Source: Synechococcus sp. (GTDB lineage Bacteria; Cyanobacteriota; Cyanobacteriia; PCC-6307; Cyanobiaceae). From it: a stretch of 64,000 nt of DNA. The stretch lies in the NCBI GenBank assembly GCA_047285535.1, contig JBJBDC010000001.1, positions 2,336,136-2,400,135 of the forward strand, read 5' to 3'. The notes below the pieces were generated by a model. It was not told the DNA's origin and did no database searches. It saw only the letters and a list, made by a program, of their open reading frames with translations. The position numbers and the translations under genes were made by a program. Every line of letters starts with the position of its first letter. The stretch's first letter is position 1. Of this stretch, positions 54,142 to 63,371 are shown piece by piece.

Positions 54142-55358
54142 TCACGCTGATTTGTGAGCAGGGGTTGTGGCTGGCCCTAGGGATCCAGGGGTTGGTCCTG
54201 GTGCTGTTCGCTTGGCGCTGGCACGGGCTGCGCGATGAGCAACGTCGCTGGCCGAGGGAGCCCGAGGGTGGTTGGCCAGACCTGGAAGTGCTTCTGTGTT
54301 TGCGCGGCGCTGATGCAGCGCTGCCGGCTCTTCTTGCCAGTCTGGCGGCACAGGCCTACTCAGGCTGTTGGCATTTGAATCTTGTGGTTGACAGCGAGGA
54401 TGATCCCGCTTGGGGCCTGGTGGATCCTTGGCTGAAAACGTCGCAGGCGGGCTGGAGCTCGATCCGGCGTGAGCGTCTGCACCAAAGACCTGTGCAGGGA
54501 TCGCTGAAATGTGCAGCCCTCCGCCAGGCGTGTTCTTGCTTGGTGCCGACAACAAAGCTGGTGGTGTTGCTGGATGCCGATGCCACGCTCTCTCCGGACG
54601 GTCTCCAGCGGTTAGCACGTGCGTGTTGGCGTCCAGGGGTGGGGGCGGTGTCCGGTAATCGTTGGTATGCGCCTGCTGGCTGGGGCCTCCTTGCTTGGTC
54701 GCGGGCGGTGTGGGGTGCTGCTGCCCTGGTCTTGATGACCATGCTAGAGATCCCATGGGGCGGCAACCTCGCTCTGCGGCGGGAGTTGGTTGATGCTGGT
54801 GGTTGGAGTGAGCTGCTCGAGCGCGGGCTCTGTGAAGACACGGGACTGCTAGGACCGTTGCAGCACTTAGGGATGCGTTATGAACCGCGCCCCGAGTTGC
54901 TCGTCCTGGAGCGGAGCGTGCCAGAGACTTGGGGCGAGCTCTATCACTGGATCAGTCGTCAGATTCTCAACACCCGTTTGCACCATCCCGCAGGTGTGTT
55001 GGTGCTGTGTTATGGCCTGGGTTCCATGCTGGTTTTACTCCTGCTTGGGGTGGCAGTCCTCAATGGGATCTGGTGGGTGGCGCTTGGATACGAGCTGGGC
55101 TGTTGGATTCTGCTGCTGTGCCTACAGGCAGTGGTGATTCGACGCTTGTCGCAGTCTCGTCAGGTCATGGGTTGGCTGCTGGGTGTTCTGCCGGGACAGG
55201 TGATCAACAGCGCCACAACTGTTGGAGCTTGGCTGCAGAGAAAGGTGGCGTGGCGTGGCGTGACCTACCAGGTGACCCACCGTCCTGTTGGCGTGTGCTT
55301 GATCGCAGAGAGCAAGCGGCTTAGGCGGGAGCCAGCATCAACTGACGCAGTGTCTTGA
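54138..55358 (+). CDS. Membrane GT2/GT21 glycosyltransferase (ceramide glucosyltransferase/HpnI-like)
   Basis: N-terminal TM, LCLRGAD, SLKCAAL, LDAD, PWGG, CEDT, WISRQ, C-terminal TMs and VAWRGVTY; GTGA overlap with the PKS. Confidence 0.82.
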   Translation: MITLICEQGLWLALGIQGLVLVLFAWRWHGLRDEQRRWPREPEGGWPDLEVLLCLRGADAALPALLASLAAQAYSGCWHLNLVVDSEDDPAWGLVDPWLKTSQAGWSSIRRERLHQRPVQGSLKCAALRQACSCLVPTTKLVVLLDADATLSPDGLQRLARACWRPGVGAVSGNRWYAPAGWGLLAWSRAVWGAAALVLMTMLEIPWGGNLALRRELVDAGGWSELLERGLCEDTGLLGPLQHLGMRYEPRPELLVLERSVPETWGELYHWISRQILNTRLHHPAGVLVLCYGLGSMLVLLLLGVAVLNGIWWVALGYELGCWILLLCLQAVVIRRLSQSRQVMGWLLGVLPGQVINSATTVGAWLQRKVAWRGVTYQVTHRPVGVCLIAESKRLRREPASTDAVS

Positions 55359-55869
55359 AGTTCTTCTGAAGGCTGGCGTCATGGAGGCTGCGGAAGCTGG
55401 GAAGGAGCAACGGTGGCACCTCCGGTTTGAGACGGATGGTGTGAACGATGCGGGTGCCGCCTGCCACAGGAGTGAGTGTCCAGTCGCCTGAGAGGGCGCT
55501 GATGCGATCCCCTTGCACGAGCCAGTACCGGAGGGTGCGGGACTTCACATCTTCTTTCCCCTCAAGAAGGGCAGTGATGCTGAGCCCAAAGGTGTATGGA
55601 GCTTTCAGAACTTGGCGCAGGCGCAGTTGCTGCCCCTTCCTCGACACCAGGCTTACGGCCTTCACATCCGGCATGGCTGAGAAGGTGCGGGTGTAGTCGG
55701 TGAGGACGGCCCAGGCCCGCTCTGCTGGCACTGGAACTTGCATGGAGACTGTGGCCTTCTCTCCATTGCGTATCAGTTGCACTTGTTCACTGGCCCGGAG
55801 TTGCACCAGGGCTGCCGGTTTAGGCGGCGGTGGTTCCTGCAGCTGCGGGTTGAGGAGGAGCCACAGCAT
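55321..55869 (-). CDS. SRPBCC/START (polyketide cyclase-like) protein
   Basis: AWAVLTDY..MP, LSGDWTL, C-terminal helix. Confidence 0.8.
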   Translation of the reverse strand: MLWLLLNPQLQEPPPPKPAALVQLRASEQVQLIRNGEKATVSMQVPVPAERAWAVLTDYTRTFSAMPDVKAVSLVSRKGQQLRLRQVLKAPYTFGLSITALLEGKEDVKSRTLRYWLVQGDRISALSGDWTLTPVAGGTRIVHTIRLKPEVPPLLLPSFRSLHDASLQKNFKTLRQLMLAPA

Positions 55870-55871
55870 GG

Positions 55872-57647
55872 TCAGAAACTCACCAAAACCCTGCCACCCC
55901 AACGGATCTGCTCAGCATTGAGTAGCTGACCCACATCGAGGATGGAAGCGGCGGTGCTGCCGTAGGCCTCAAGTGCCAAGCTTTCAGTTGTGCTCCAGCG
56001 CAGACCCAAGGTGCCGTTGCTCTGAGCCAAATTATTGACCACCACATTGCCTTCTGGTACCAGTTGCCAGCGCGGGGCCAGCTGAACGTTGGCACTGAGG
56101 CCAACCCCCCAGAGATTGCCGCCGCCGCTTAAAACCACCTTGGGATTGGCATTAAGAGCTAAGCCAGGGCTTGCTTCCCAGGTGAGCATCGTTTCAGCGA
56201 ACACATAGCCCTGGCCAGTGTTGTTCACGATGTCGCTGTTGCGGCCGAGAGTGATGCGACCACCGCCCCAGACCGGGGCCCCGCGCAGGGGGCTGAAAGC
56301 AACAGCTTTTCCGCCAATGCGCCAGTTCCACGCTCCGTCATTGGCGTAGAGGCGGGCCTGGGGGGTTGTTTGGGGCACGTTGTTGTAGAGGCCGCCACTG
56401 AACAGAAACAGCTGGAAGATGTTGGAGATGGAATAGCCGAGGAATGGATTCAGGTTTCCGCCGCTATCGCCATTCACCCAGAAGTCAAAGCTGTCATCAG
56501 GTGGCACCAGGGCTGTATTCACGGTGAGCCCACCCTTGGCCAGAGAGCGCTGTCTGCTTGTGAGTGGCTGCTGGGGGGTGTCAGGCGCATCGGGGGTGAA
56601 CACAAAGCTGGCTGCATAGCCGAGGCGATTGTCTGAGGGGAGGGCGAGCAAGGATGTTGCAGGCGAGGCACCAAAGCCATTGGTGAGTTGTCCCCGTAGC
56701 CCGATTCGTGGGTTGAGATCCCAGTTAAGACCTGCTGAGACAATGGGTACGCGTGAAAAGTTGAGATCGGCATCGAAGCTGTTACTTCCTGAGCCGATGG
56801 GTTGAGCCACGCTTGCGGTCAGCCCTAAATGCTGATTGGCTTGCCAAAGCAGACCACCAGAGAGGTAAGGGTTGGTGCCGTAAAAACGGCCTCTTCCGCC
56901 CTGCCCTGATCCTTGAGTTGCTGGCAGCCAACTCACGCCAGGCGCAAAACTGAACTGAAGTTGGTCTGTGGCTTGCCAGGTGAAGGGGAGCGAAAGAGAC
57001 CCCACCAGATTGCGGGTGAAGACGCGTCGACCAGAATCATTGAAGATGTTTGGTGAGGCCGCATCGCCTTGAGAGGCGAATGAGTCGTCACCGCCGCTAC
57101 CAACGTTCCAGACTTCTAAAGAGCCGTTGATAGCCATGCTGAAGGTCTTGTGATTCAGCACGCGCCATCGAGCCGCACCGCCGTAGCTTTCCCAAAAATT
57201 GGCCGGTCGCGTCTGGAATCCAGTCAGTGGAGCATTGAGCGGGTCATCGGATTGGGTGTAAAAGGCGGAGATCTGCAGCGATTCCGTGAGTCCTATATCA
57301 AGATTCGCCGCGTAGTTTTGGTTGCCGGTGCCTGTGTCACTGTCAAATGGCGACAGGGTGATCGCGGAGAAGCGCCACCGCTCAGGTTCTAGTAACAAAG
57401 ACGTTGGCACTGCAGCGGAAAGGCGCAGCAATGGCAAGTAGTCCGCGGAGATCAGAGGAGTGTTAATGGATGCCGCTTCAATTTGTTTGACATTCAGTGG
57501 TTGTAAGGCCGGAGTTGGAGGGTTGGCTTTGATGGGTAATGCCGGCTCCTTGAGGACTTCCCAGCGAGGCCCATCGTTGGAGATGAAAGCTGGAGAAATG
57601 ATTGGCGGTGGTGGGGGTGGGGGAACAGGAGCCCAAGAGATTGGCAT
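55872..57647 (-). CDS. Probable outer-membrane beta-barrel protein with two internal repeats (YjbH-like)
   Basis: Alternating amphipathic strands rich in G/S/N/aromatics, C-terminal Phe, Pro-rich N-terminus. Confidence 0.6.
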   Translation of the reverse strand: MPISWAPVPPPPPPPIISPAFISNDGPRWEVLKEPALPIKANPPTPALQPLNVKQIEAASINTPLISADYLPLLRLSAAVPTSLLLEPERWRFSAITLSPFDSDTGTGNQNYAANLDIGLTESLQISAFYTQSDDPLNAPLTGFQTRPANFWESYGGAARWRVLNHKTFSMAINGSLEVWNVGSGGDDSFASQGDAASPNIFNDSGRRVFTRNLVGSLSLPFTWQATDQLQFSFAPGVSWLPATQGSGQGGRGRFYGTNPYLSGGLLWQANQHLGLTASVAQPIGSGSNSFDADLNFSRVPIVSAGLNWDLNPRIGLRGQLTNGFGASPATSLLALPSDNRLGYAASFVFTPDAPDTPQQPLTSRQRSLAKGGLTVNTALVPPDDSFDFWVNGDSGGNLNPFLGYSISNIFQLFLFSGGLYNNVPQTTPQARLYANDGAWNWRIGGKAVAFSPLRGAPVWGGGRITLGRNSDIVNNTGQGYVFAETMLTWEASPGLALNANPKVVLSGGGNLWGVGLSANVQLAPRWQLVPEGNVVVNNLAQSNGTLGLRWSTTESLALEAYGSTAASILDVGQLLNAEQIRWGGRVLVSF

Positions 57648-58126
57648 CAGTTTGCTTCTTTGTGAGCGCCCCTTAGAGCAGGGTTTCTCAACAGTGCGAG
57701 TTGGCCTGGAAGCGGGTTGGTGCCTGGATGCACCTGCATCAGGTAATCCAGAGCTTGCTCAGGGCTCAGGTTGTGGTGCTGCACTAGCCAACCCAGGCAG
57801 ACCAGGGGAGATCTTTCCATTGCTGCAACACAATGAACAAACACTGAGCCATGCTTTTGATGCAGCTTTGCCAGTCGATCCAGTGCTGCGATCAGCTCAT
57901 CAAACGCGGGAAGGCGCCCGCTTCGATGATCAGGCAGCACAAGGCGGCAACAGGCAAATTGGCCATTCATTGAGGGTGGAGGTGGGGCTTCATCTTCTGA
58001 GCAGAGGCTGAGAACGGCCTTAACGCCTGCATCCTTGAGCCTGGAGAGGTGACGCTCTGCACAGGGTGCTGGACCTATCGCTAGTTCATCAACAAGAATC
58101 CAGTCTATTTTAAAAGGTTTTTGCAT
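57647..58126 (-). CDS. Dual-specificity/protein-tyrosine phosphatase
   Basis: LPDH acid loop, VFVHCVAAMERS (CX5R). Confidence 0.88.
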   Translation of the reverse strand: MQKPFKIDWILVDELAIGPAPCAERHLSRLKDAGVKAVLSLCSEDEAPPPPSMNGQFACCRLVLPDHRSGRLPAFDELIAALDRLAKLHQKHGSVFVHCVAAMERSPLVCLGWLVQHHNLSPEQALDYLMQVHPGTNPLPGQLALLRNPALRGAHKEAN

Positions 58127-58131
58127 AGAGA

Positions 58132-60594
58132 TCAGCTATCAATCCAGCGCATAAAATTTCTGCGTTTTTCTCTAAATTTCTGGCGCCAAGCACTGCTTTT
58201 AGTTTGCGCGTTGGCTTTCTGATTGATTGAGTTTTCGTCGTCTGGGTTGGCGTAATGGGCATAGGTCCATGAGGAGTCGTAGGCCCCATATCCATATCCA
58301 TATCTGTATCCGTATTTTCCATAACCGTATTGTCCGTATCCATAGGAGGAGCGAGACTCTTTTGATGGCTTAATCCCTTTGGTGACTAGACCCAGCAGTG
58401 GGGCCCCACTGCTGAGAATGCGGTTTACAGATTCCTTTGGTAAGCCCCGATCAACACGTTCAAGACTGACGAGCAGCATCAGGCCGTCGCAATGTTCAGC
58501 CACGAGGGCGGCATCTGCCAGCCCGAGAACCGGCGGGGTGTCGAACAGCACGAAATCAAAATCACTGCTATCTACAAGATCTTTAACTAAGGACTGCATG
58601 CGTTTGGAACTCAGCAATCTGGTGGGATCGGGTGGCCTTCGGCCAGCAGTGAGCACTTTCCAGTTCTCGTAACCAGGAACATTTTGTAAGAGGTCTTCCC
58701 AGCGCTTTTGGTCTTCCGCGAGAAGATTGGAAAGGCCTGAGAGGTTGTTGAGCCCCAGACGAACATGCATTTGCGGTTTGCGCAGGTCTGCATCAATCAA
58801 CAGCACGCGCTGCCCCATTTCGGACAGGGTTTTGGCTAGCAGTACATTCACCAGTGATTTACCTTCTGCAGGGAGAGAACTGGTAAGAGCTACGGTCTTT
58901 AAGGGTGTATCACTGTTCAAAAAACGGATTGAGGTGAACAAGTTGCGGAACGCCTCTTGATAGAAAAAACGTTGATAGTTGTTATATTTGGGATCTGCTT
59001 TCTCTTCATTTACTTCAATTTTTGCAGCGCTATCGAGTTCTGAGAGCAGGAATCGTTTATCTTCTCGAACACCTTGAAAAAACTCCACATGGGGTATGTG
59101 ACCGAGCAAGGCAAGTCCAAGATCCTCTTTGACTTCTTCCGGGTTGTGAAAGACATGATCAAAACGGTCACGTAGTAGACCGATTCCAATCCCAGAGATC
59201 AGTCCAACAAAGATGGCCTTCAAAAGCCCTCTCCCCACCATGGGCTCGATGGGGTTGGGATTCATCCTGGGTGGAGACAGCAGACGCCACGGCACGCTGT
59301 TTTGAGCGAGTTCAAGCCGGAAGGATTCCTGGGCAGAGGTGAGAGCTGCCAGATTGCCTTGCACTAACTCAAGCCGGCCTAAAAGCTTCTCGTAGGCTTT
59401 AATCAAGGCTGGTTGGCGCAAAAACTGCTGATTCAGACGATTGAGTTCTAACTCTGTGAAATTGATCTGGTCAGCATTCACCTGCAGAGCTGTGTCGATG
59501 GCTTGAAGCTGGCTGGCTAAAAGCAATGGTTCAAGTTGAGCTTTTTTCTGCTCCAGACTTTGTACTACTGAGGAGTTGGCCTGGTAGGTGCTACGAGCTT
59601 CTGCGAGAGCTTCCTCCACCGAGGTGAGTTGTTCCACCAGACCAGGATCGATGCCGGTAATATTGAGACTTCCACTGAGGGAGGAGCCAGCGGTACTAGC
59701 AGCTACTCCCGAGGCGCTGCTCTGGCCGCTGCTAATACTTCCCTGGAAGCCGGAGGAACTGAGATTACCAGCTGATACTTGTGTCCGTACTTGTTGTAGA
59801 CTTCGTCTTGTATTTTTTAAATTTAATAAATGTTCTTCTTGCTTGGCTAGGTTTTTTTCAGCTGTAGAGGCTTCTGCTACCGCATCAATCAAGCGGTTTT
59901 GCTTACGGAACACTTCAAGTTCGTTAAGCACAATGGCTGTTTTTTCTTCTAAGGCGGGTGCTTGTTGATCAAGGAAAGCCAAACCATCTCTAAGACGCTG
60001 CTGGCGCTGTCTTTGGGCTGTTTTTAAATAAGTATTGGCCAGTTCTGAAAGAAGAACTCTGTCTTCTTCTGGATCCTTTCCATTGAGGCTAACCTTGATA
60101 ATACCGGCACCAACGTTATTAATACCGTTTCTTCTGCCGCCACCTTCGGGTGTAATTGAAATTCGAGAAGCAAGAATGTTTTCGCTAATACCTGTTTTTT
60201 TGGCAACCGGCTCAAGTACAAGATAGCTGCGCATCACTGCGATCAGTGTTTGCAGATCGTTGTTGATGGAATTAAGGGCTAGACTTTCAAAATTCGTATT
60301 GCTTTCGGATCTGTTTTGCGCTGAAGTGTTGTTATTAATAGGATCTTTAATGAGAAGGCTGAATGATCCTTGATAAACCGGATGAAAGATCCTTTGTATT
60401 GATAGCTGCAGCGTCATTGCAGATGTGATGGTGAGCGCTGTGATGGCAATAAGTTTTCTTCGCCTTGAAAGAATTCGAATAATTTCTTTCCATTTCAATC
60501 CTTCCTCAGTTCCAAGATTGAATTTGCCGCTTGTATCTTCGCTTGTAGAAGATTGTAATAGCTCATTTTTTTGCGAACCTGTGCTTAGGGCCAT
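58132..60594 (-). CDS. wzc: Polysaccharide co-polymerase / BY-kinase (Wzc/GumC)
   Basis: Two TMs flanking a coiled coil, EAFRNL, Walker A SSLPAEGKS, LIDADLRKP, FDTPP, C-terminal Tyr cluster YGYGQYGYGKYGYRYGYGYGAY. Confidence 0.93.
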   Translation of the reverse strand: MALSTGSQKNELLQSSTSEDTSGKFNLGTEEGLKWKEIIRILSRRRKLIAITALTITSAMTLQLSIQRIFHPVYQGSFSLLIKDPINNNTSAQNRSESNTNFESLALNSINNDLQTLIAVMRSYLVLEPVAKKTGISENILASRISITPEGGGRRNGINNVGAGIIKVSLNGKDPEEDRVLLSELANTYLKTAQRQRQQRLRDGLAFLDQQAPALEEKTAIVLNELEVFRKQNRLIDAVAEASTAEKNLAKQEEHLLNLKNTRRSLQQVRTQVSAGNLSSSGFQGSISSGQSSASGVAASTAGSSLSGSLNITGIDPGLVEQLTSVEEALAEARSTYQANSSVVQSLEQKKAQLEPLLLASQLQAIDTALQVNADQINFTELELNRLNQQFLRQPALIKAYEKLLGRLELVQGNLAALTSAQESFRLELAQNSVPWRLLSPPRMNPNPIEPMVGRGLLKAIFVGLISGIGIGLLRDRFDHVFHNPEEVKEDLGLALLGHIPHVEFFQGVREDKRFLLSELDSAAKIEVNEEKADPKYNNYQRFFYQEAFRNLFTSIRFLNSDTPLKTVALTSSLPAEGKSLVNVLLAKTLSEMGQRVLLIDADLRKPQMHVRLGLNNLSGLSNLLAEDQKRWEDLLQNVPGYENWKVLTAGRRPPDPTRLLSSKRMQSLVKDLVDSSDFDFVLFDTPPVLGLADAALVAEHCDGLMLLVSLERVDRGLPKESVNRILSSGAPLLGLVTKGIKPSKESRSSYGYGQYGYGKYGYRYGYGYGAYDSSWTYAHYANPDDENSINQKANAQTKSSAWRQKFREKRRNFMRWIDS

Positions 60595-60669
60595 ATTGCC
60601 TTACTTCCAGTGCAGGTATTGTCCGATGCATGCTTGCTAATGAGAGTCCCTATGGGACACTTCTTTTGA

Positions 60670-61806
60670 TTGTCTTTGGTGCTAGCGGTGATCTCATTGA
60701 TTCGTCGTCCCCTAGCGCTCTCTTTGATGTATGCCGTTTATTCGGCTCAGGTAGCGGCTGGAGCTCTGGCGGTGACTATCGACTATGAGGTTCCAGTCAA
60801 TGGTGTGTCTCAACAAGAAGTCGATATAACTGCAGATGTTTACATCATTGGTCCTGGCGATGTGCTTGAGCTCAAAGTCTTTGGTGCTGAAGAATTGTCA
60901 GGACCACTCACCGTTTTAAGTGATGGCAGCGTTTCATTTCCTTATCTCGGCTCGGTTCGCTTGGCAGGGCTCACGTTGCAGCAGGCGATGCTTTGGACAC
61001 GGGAGTTGTTAAGTAAGGAGTTGCTACGGACTGATCTCCAATTAACCGTTACTCGCCCTCGGCCAATGCACATTTCCATTATTGGGCAGGTTCAGCGGCC
61101 GGGGCTTTACACCCTTGGCGAAACCTCTGGAAGTTCATCTGGAAGAGGAGATTCTGATGGTGTGGGAGGCGCCACAAGTGGCCTACCAACTTTAGTTTCT
61201 GCAATTCAAACGGCTGGAGGAATCACCCAACAGGCCAGTCTGCGCGATGTGGTGTTGCAACGTCGAATGCCAGGCTTGGAGCCTCGTTACAAGATGCAGC
61301 GCCTCAATCTTTTCTCACTTCTGTTTGATGGTGATCAACGTCAAAATCCCTATTTATTTGACGGCGATGTGATAAAAGTGCCTTTGGCAGAGGAAACTCC
61401 TGAGGAAGCTGTTGAGCTCGCTGCGGTGAATCTGTCGCCAAACACCATCAGTGTCAATGTGATGGGAGAGGTTCAATCACCTGGGGTTATGAATCTCCGG
61501 GCCAATATTCCGCTCACTCAGGCCATTTTGATGGCAGGTGGGACGCGTGAATGGCGAGCAAACCGCGGAGATGTTGAGCTGGTGCGGCTCAATCGCAATG
61601 GAACCGTCACCTTGAAGAGGTTTCGGCTGGATTTAGCAGCGGGAGCTTCGAATGAGAAGAACCCACCACTTCGTAATGGCGACATTGTGCGTGTTAAGCG
61701 CAGTTTGCTTGCGAAAGGCTCGGACGCTATTTCCGGTGTGACTCAGCCTCTTACTGGCTTAGTCAGTGTTTGGGGTTTGGTACGGCTGGTAGGTAATTCA
61801 AACTAA
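60670..61806 (+). CDS. wza: Polysaccharide export protein (Wza/SLBB)
   Basis: YIIGPGDVL, DGSVSFPYLG, GQVQRPG, GEVQSPG, LRNGD; start uncertain. Confidence 0.88.
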   Translation: MSLVLAVISLIRRPLALSLMYAVYSAQVAAGALAVTIDYEVPVNGVSQQEVDITADVYIIGPGDVLELKVFGAEELSGPLTVLSDGSVSFPYLGSVRLAGLTLQQAMLWTRELLSKELLRTDLQLTVTRPRPMHISIIGQVQRPGLYTLGETSGSSSGRGDSDGVGGATSGLPTLVSAIQTAGGITQQASLRDVVLQRRMPGLEPRYKMQRLNLFSLLFDGDQRQNPYLFDGDVIKVPLAEETPEEAVELAAVNLSPNTISVNVMGEVQSPGVMNLRANIPLTQAILMAGGTREWRANRGDVELVRLNRNGTVTLKRFRLDLAAGASNEKNPPLRNGDIVRVKRSLLAKGSDAISGVTQPLTGLVSVWGLVRLVGNSN

Positions 61807-62426
61807 TTGCTTTCATCATTTGGCGGTAGTTGTACATAGCATTCCTTTTGATTTTTCACGCTTATCTGTCTAATACTTAAATTTTGGCTTCTTATGAGTG
61901 AAGTATATTGTCGAATTTCTTTTCAAAGTCTTTAATTTTTTTACTAATTGTATGTTTTTTAATTATTTTTTAAAGCGTTGGTTTTTGATTGGGGCTGGCG
62001 CAAGGGCCTTGGTCAATGCGATAGTAGCTACGAATCTATAGTGAGACGTCTGAGCTCTGCTCACGTCCGCTGCAAAAAATCAAAGACATGCTGGGCGATG
62101 GCTTATTGTTAAAATTAGTTAATTTTAAGCAAGGTTCTTTTGTTGTCGGAATAGCTAAAACTGTTTTTCCCGTTTAGTGGAGCTTTGCAGGATCAAGAAT
62201 CTGATGAACACCCTGTTAAAAGAAGAGAAGCGGATTTATCGTCGAATACATCAATCACATTTGTCATTATCCGTATTGATGGATCAGTATTTTGTGCTTT
62301 ATTACTAAGATTTTATGGATTCCGCCAAGTTGATCAGAATGATCTAAAGAGCTTGGCCTGCCTGTAAGCCGACTCAGAATGGGGCTGGGCTTCCAATTCC
62401 CATTCTTTTTAATGCTGAACACGTAA

Positions 62427-63371
62427 ATGCCTGCTTCTCTCACTCGCAATCTGGTTACTGGTGGCGCAGGTTTCTTGGGTTCTCATCTTTGTGACCGGTT
62501 GATGGAATCTGGAGAAGAGGTTATTTGCCTTGACAATTTTTTCACAGGGCGCAAGGCAAATATCGATCAATGGATCGGCAACCCACACTTTGAGCTGATC
62601 CGTCATGACGTAACAGACCCGATCAAATTGGAGGTGGATCGGATTTGGCATCTGGCCTGTCCTGCTTCACCGGTCCATTACCAATTCAACCCGGTCAAAA
62701 CAGCGAAAACCAGCTTTCTCGGCACATACAACATGCTGGGTTTGGCTCGGCGCGTAAATGCCCGCCTGCTGCTAGCTTCCACCAGTGAGGTCTATGGTGA
62801 TCCTGAAGTGCATCCCCAGCCCGAGAACTACAGGGGTTGCGTGAATACAATTGGCATTCGTAGCTGCTACGACGAAGGCAAGCGCATTGCTGAAACGCTT
62901 TGTTTCGATTACCAGCGCATGCATGACCTCGAAATCCGGGTGATGCGGATTTTCAATACCTATGGTCCGCGTATGCTTCCTGATGATGGCAGGGTGGTGA
63001 GCAACTTCATTGTGCAGGCGCTCAAAGGAGAGCCATTAACTTTGTACGGCGATGGAGGCCAGACGCGCAGCTTCTGTTTTGTAGACGATCTGATCGAAGG
63101 AATGATCCGTTTGATGAATGGGAGGCACACTGGTCCGATCAATATCGGTAATCCCAGTGAATTCACGATTCGACAGCTTGCAGAACTCGTGCGCGCCAAA
63201 ATCAATCCTGAGTTGAAACTAGTTGAGCAACCCTTGCCTCAAGATGATCCACTCCAGCGTCAGCCAGTGATTGATCTCGCCCAAGAAGAGTTGGGCTGGC
63301 ATCCCACGGTGTCTTTGGAGCAGGGACTTGATTCCACCATTGATTATTTTAATAAGTTGCTCAAGCCATGA
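62427..63371 (+). CDS. UDP-glucuronate decarboxylase (UDP-xylose synthase family)
   Basis: [42 protein letters not shown]. Confidence 0.93.
   Translation: MPASLTRNLVTGGAGFLGSHLCDRLMESGEEVICLDNFFTGRKANIDQWIGNPHFELIRHDVTDPIKLEVDRIWHLACPASPVHYQFNPVKTAKTSFLGTYNMLGLARRVNARLLLASTSEVYGDPEVHPQPENYRGCVNTIGIRSCYDEGKRIAETLCFDYQRMHDLEIRVMRIFNTYGPRMLPDDGRVVSNFIVQALKGEPLTLYGDGGQTRSFCFVDDLIEGMIRLMNGRHTGPINIGNPSEFTIRQLAELVRAKINPELKLVEQPLPQDDPLQRQPVIDLAQEELGWHPTVSLEQGLDSTIDYFNKLLKP

Noticed and set aside
58285..58345. Tandem hexamer-like repeats (CCATAT/CCGTAT) as a possible CRISPR or VNTR
   Set aside because: They encode the Wzc YG tyrosine cluster; no spacers and no cas genes.
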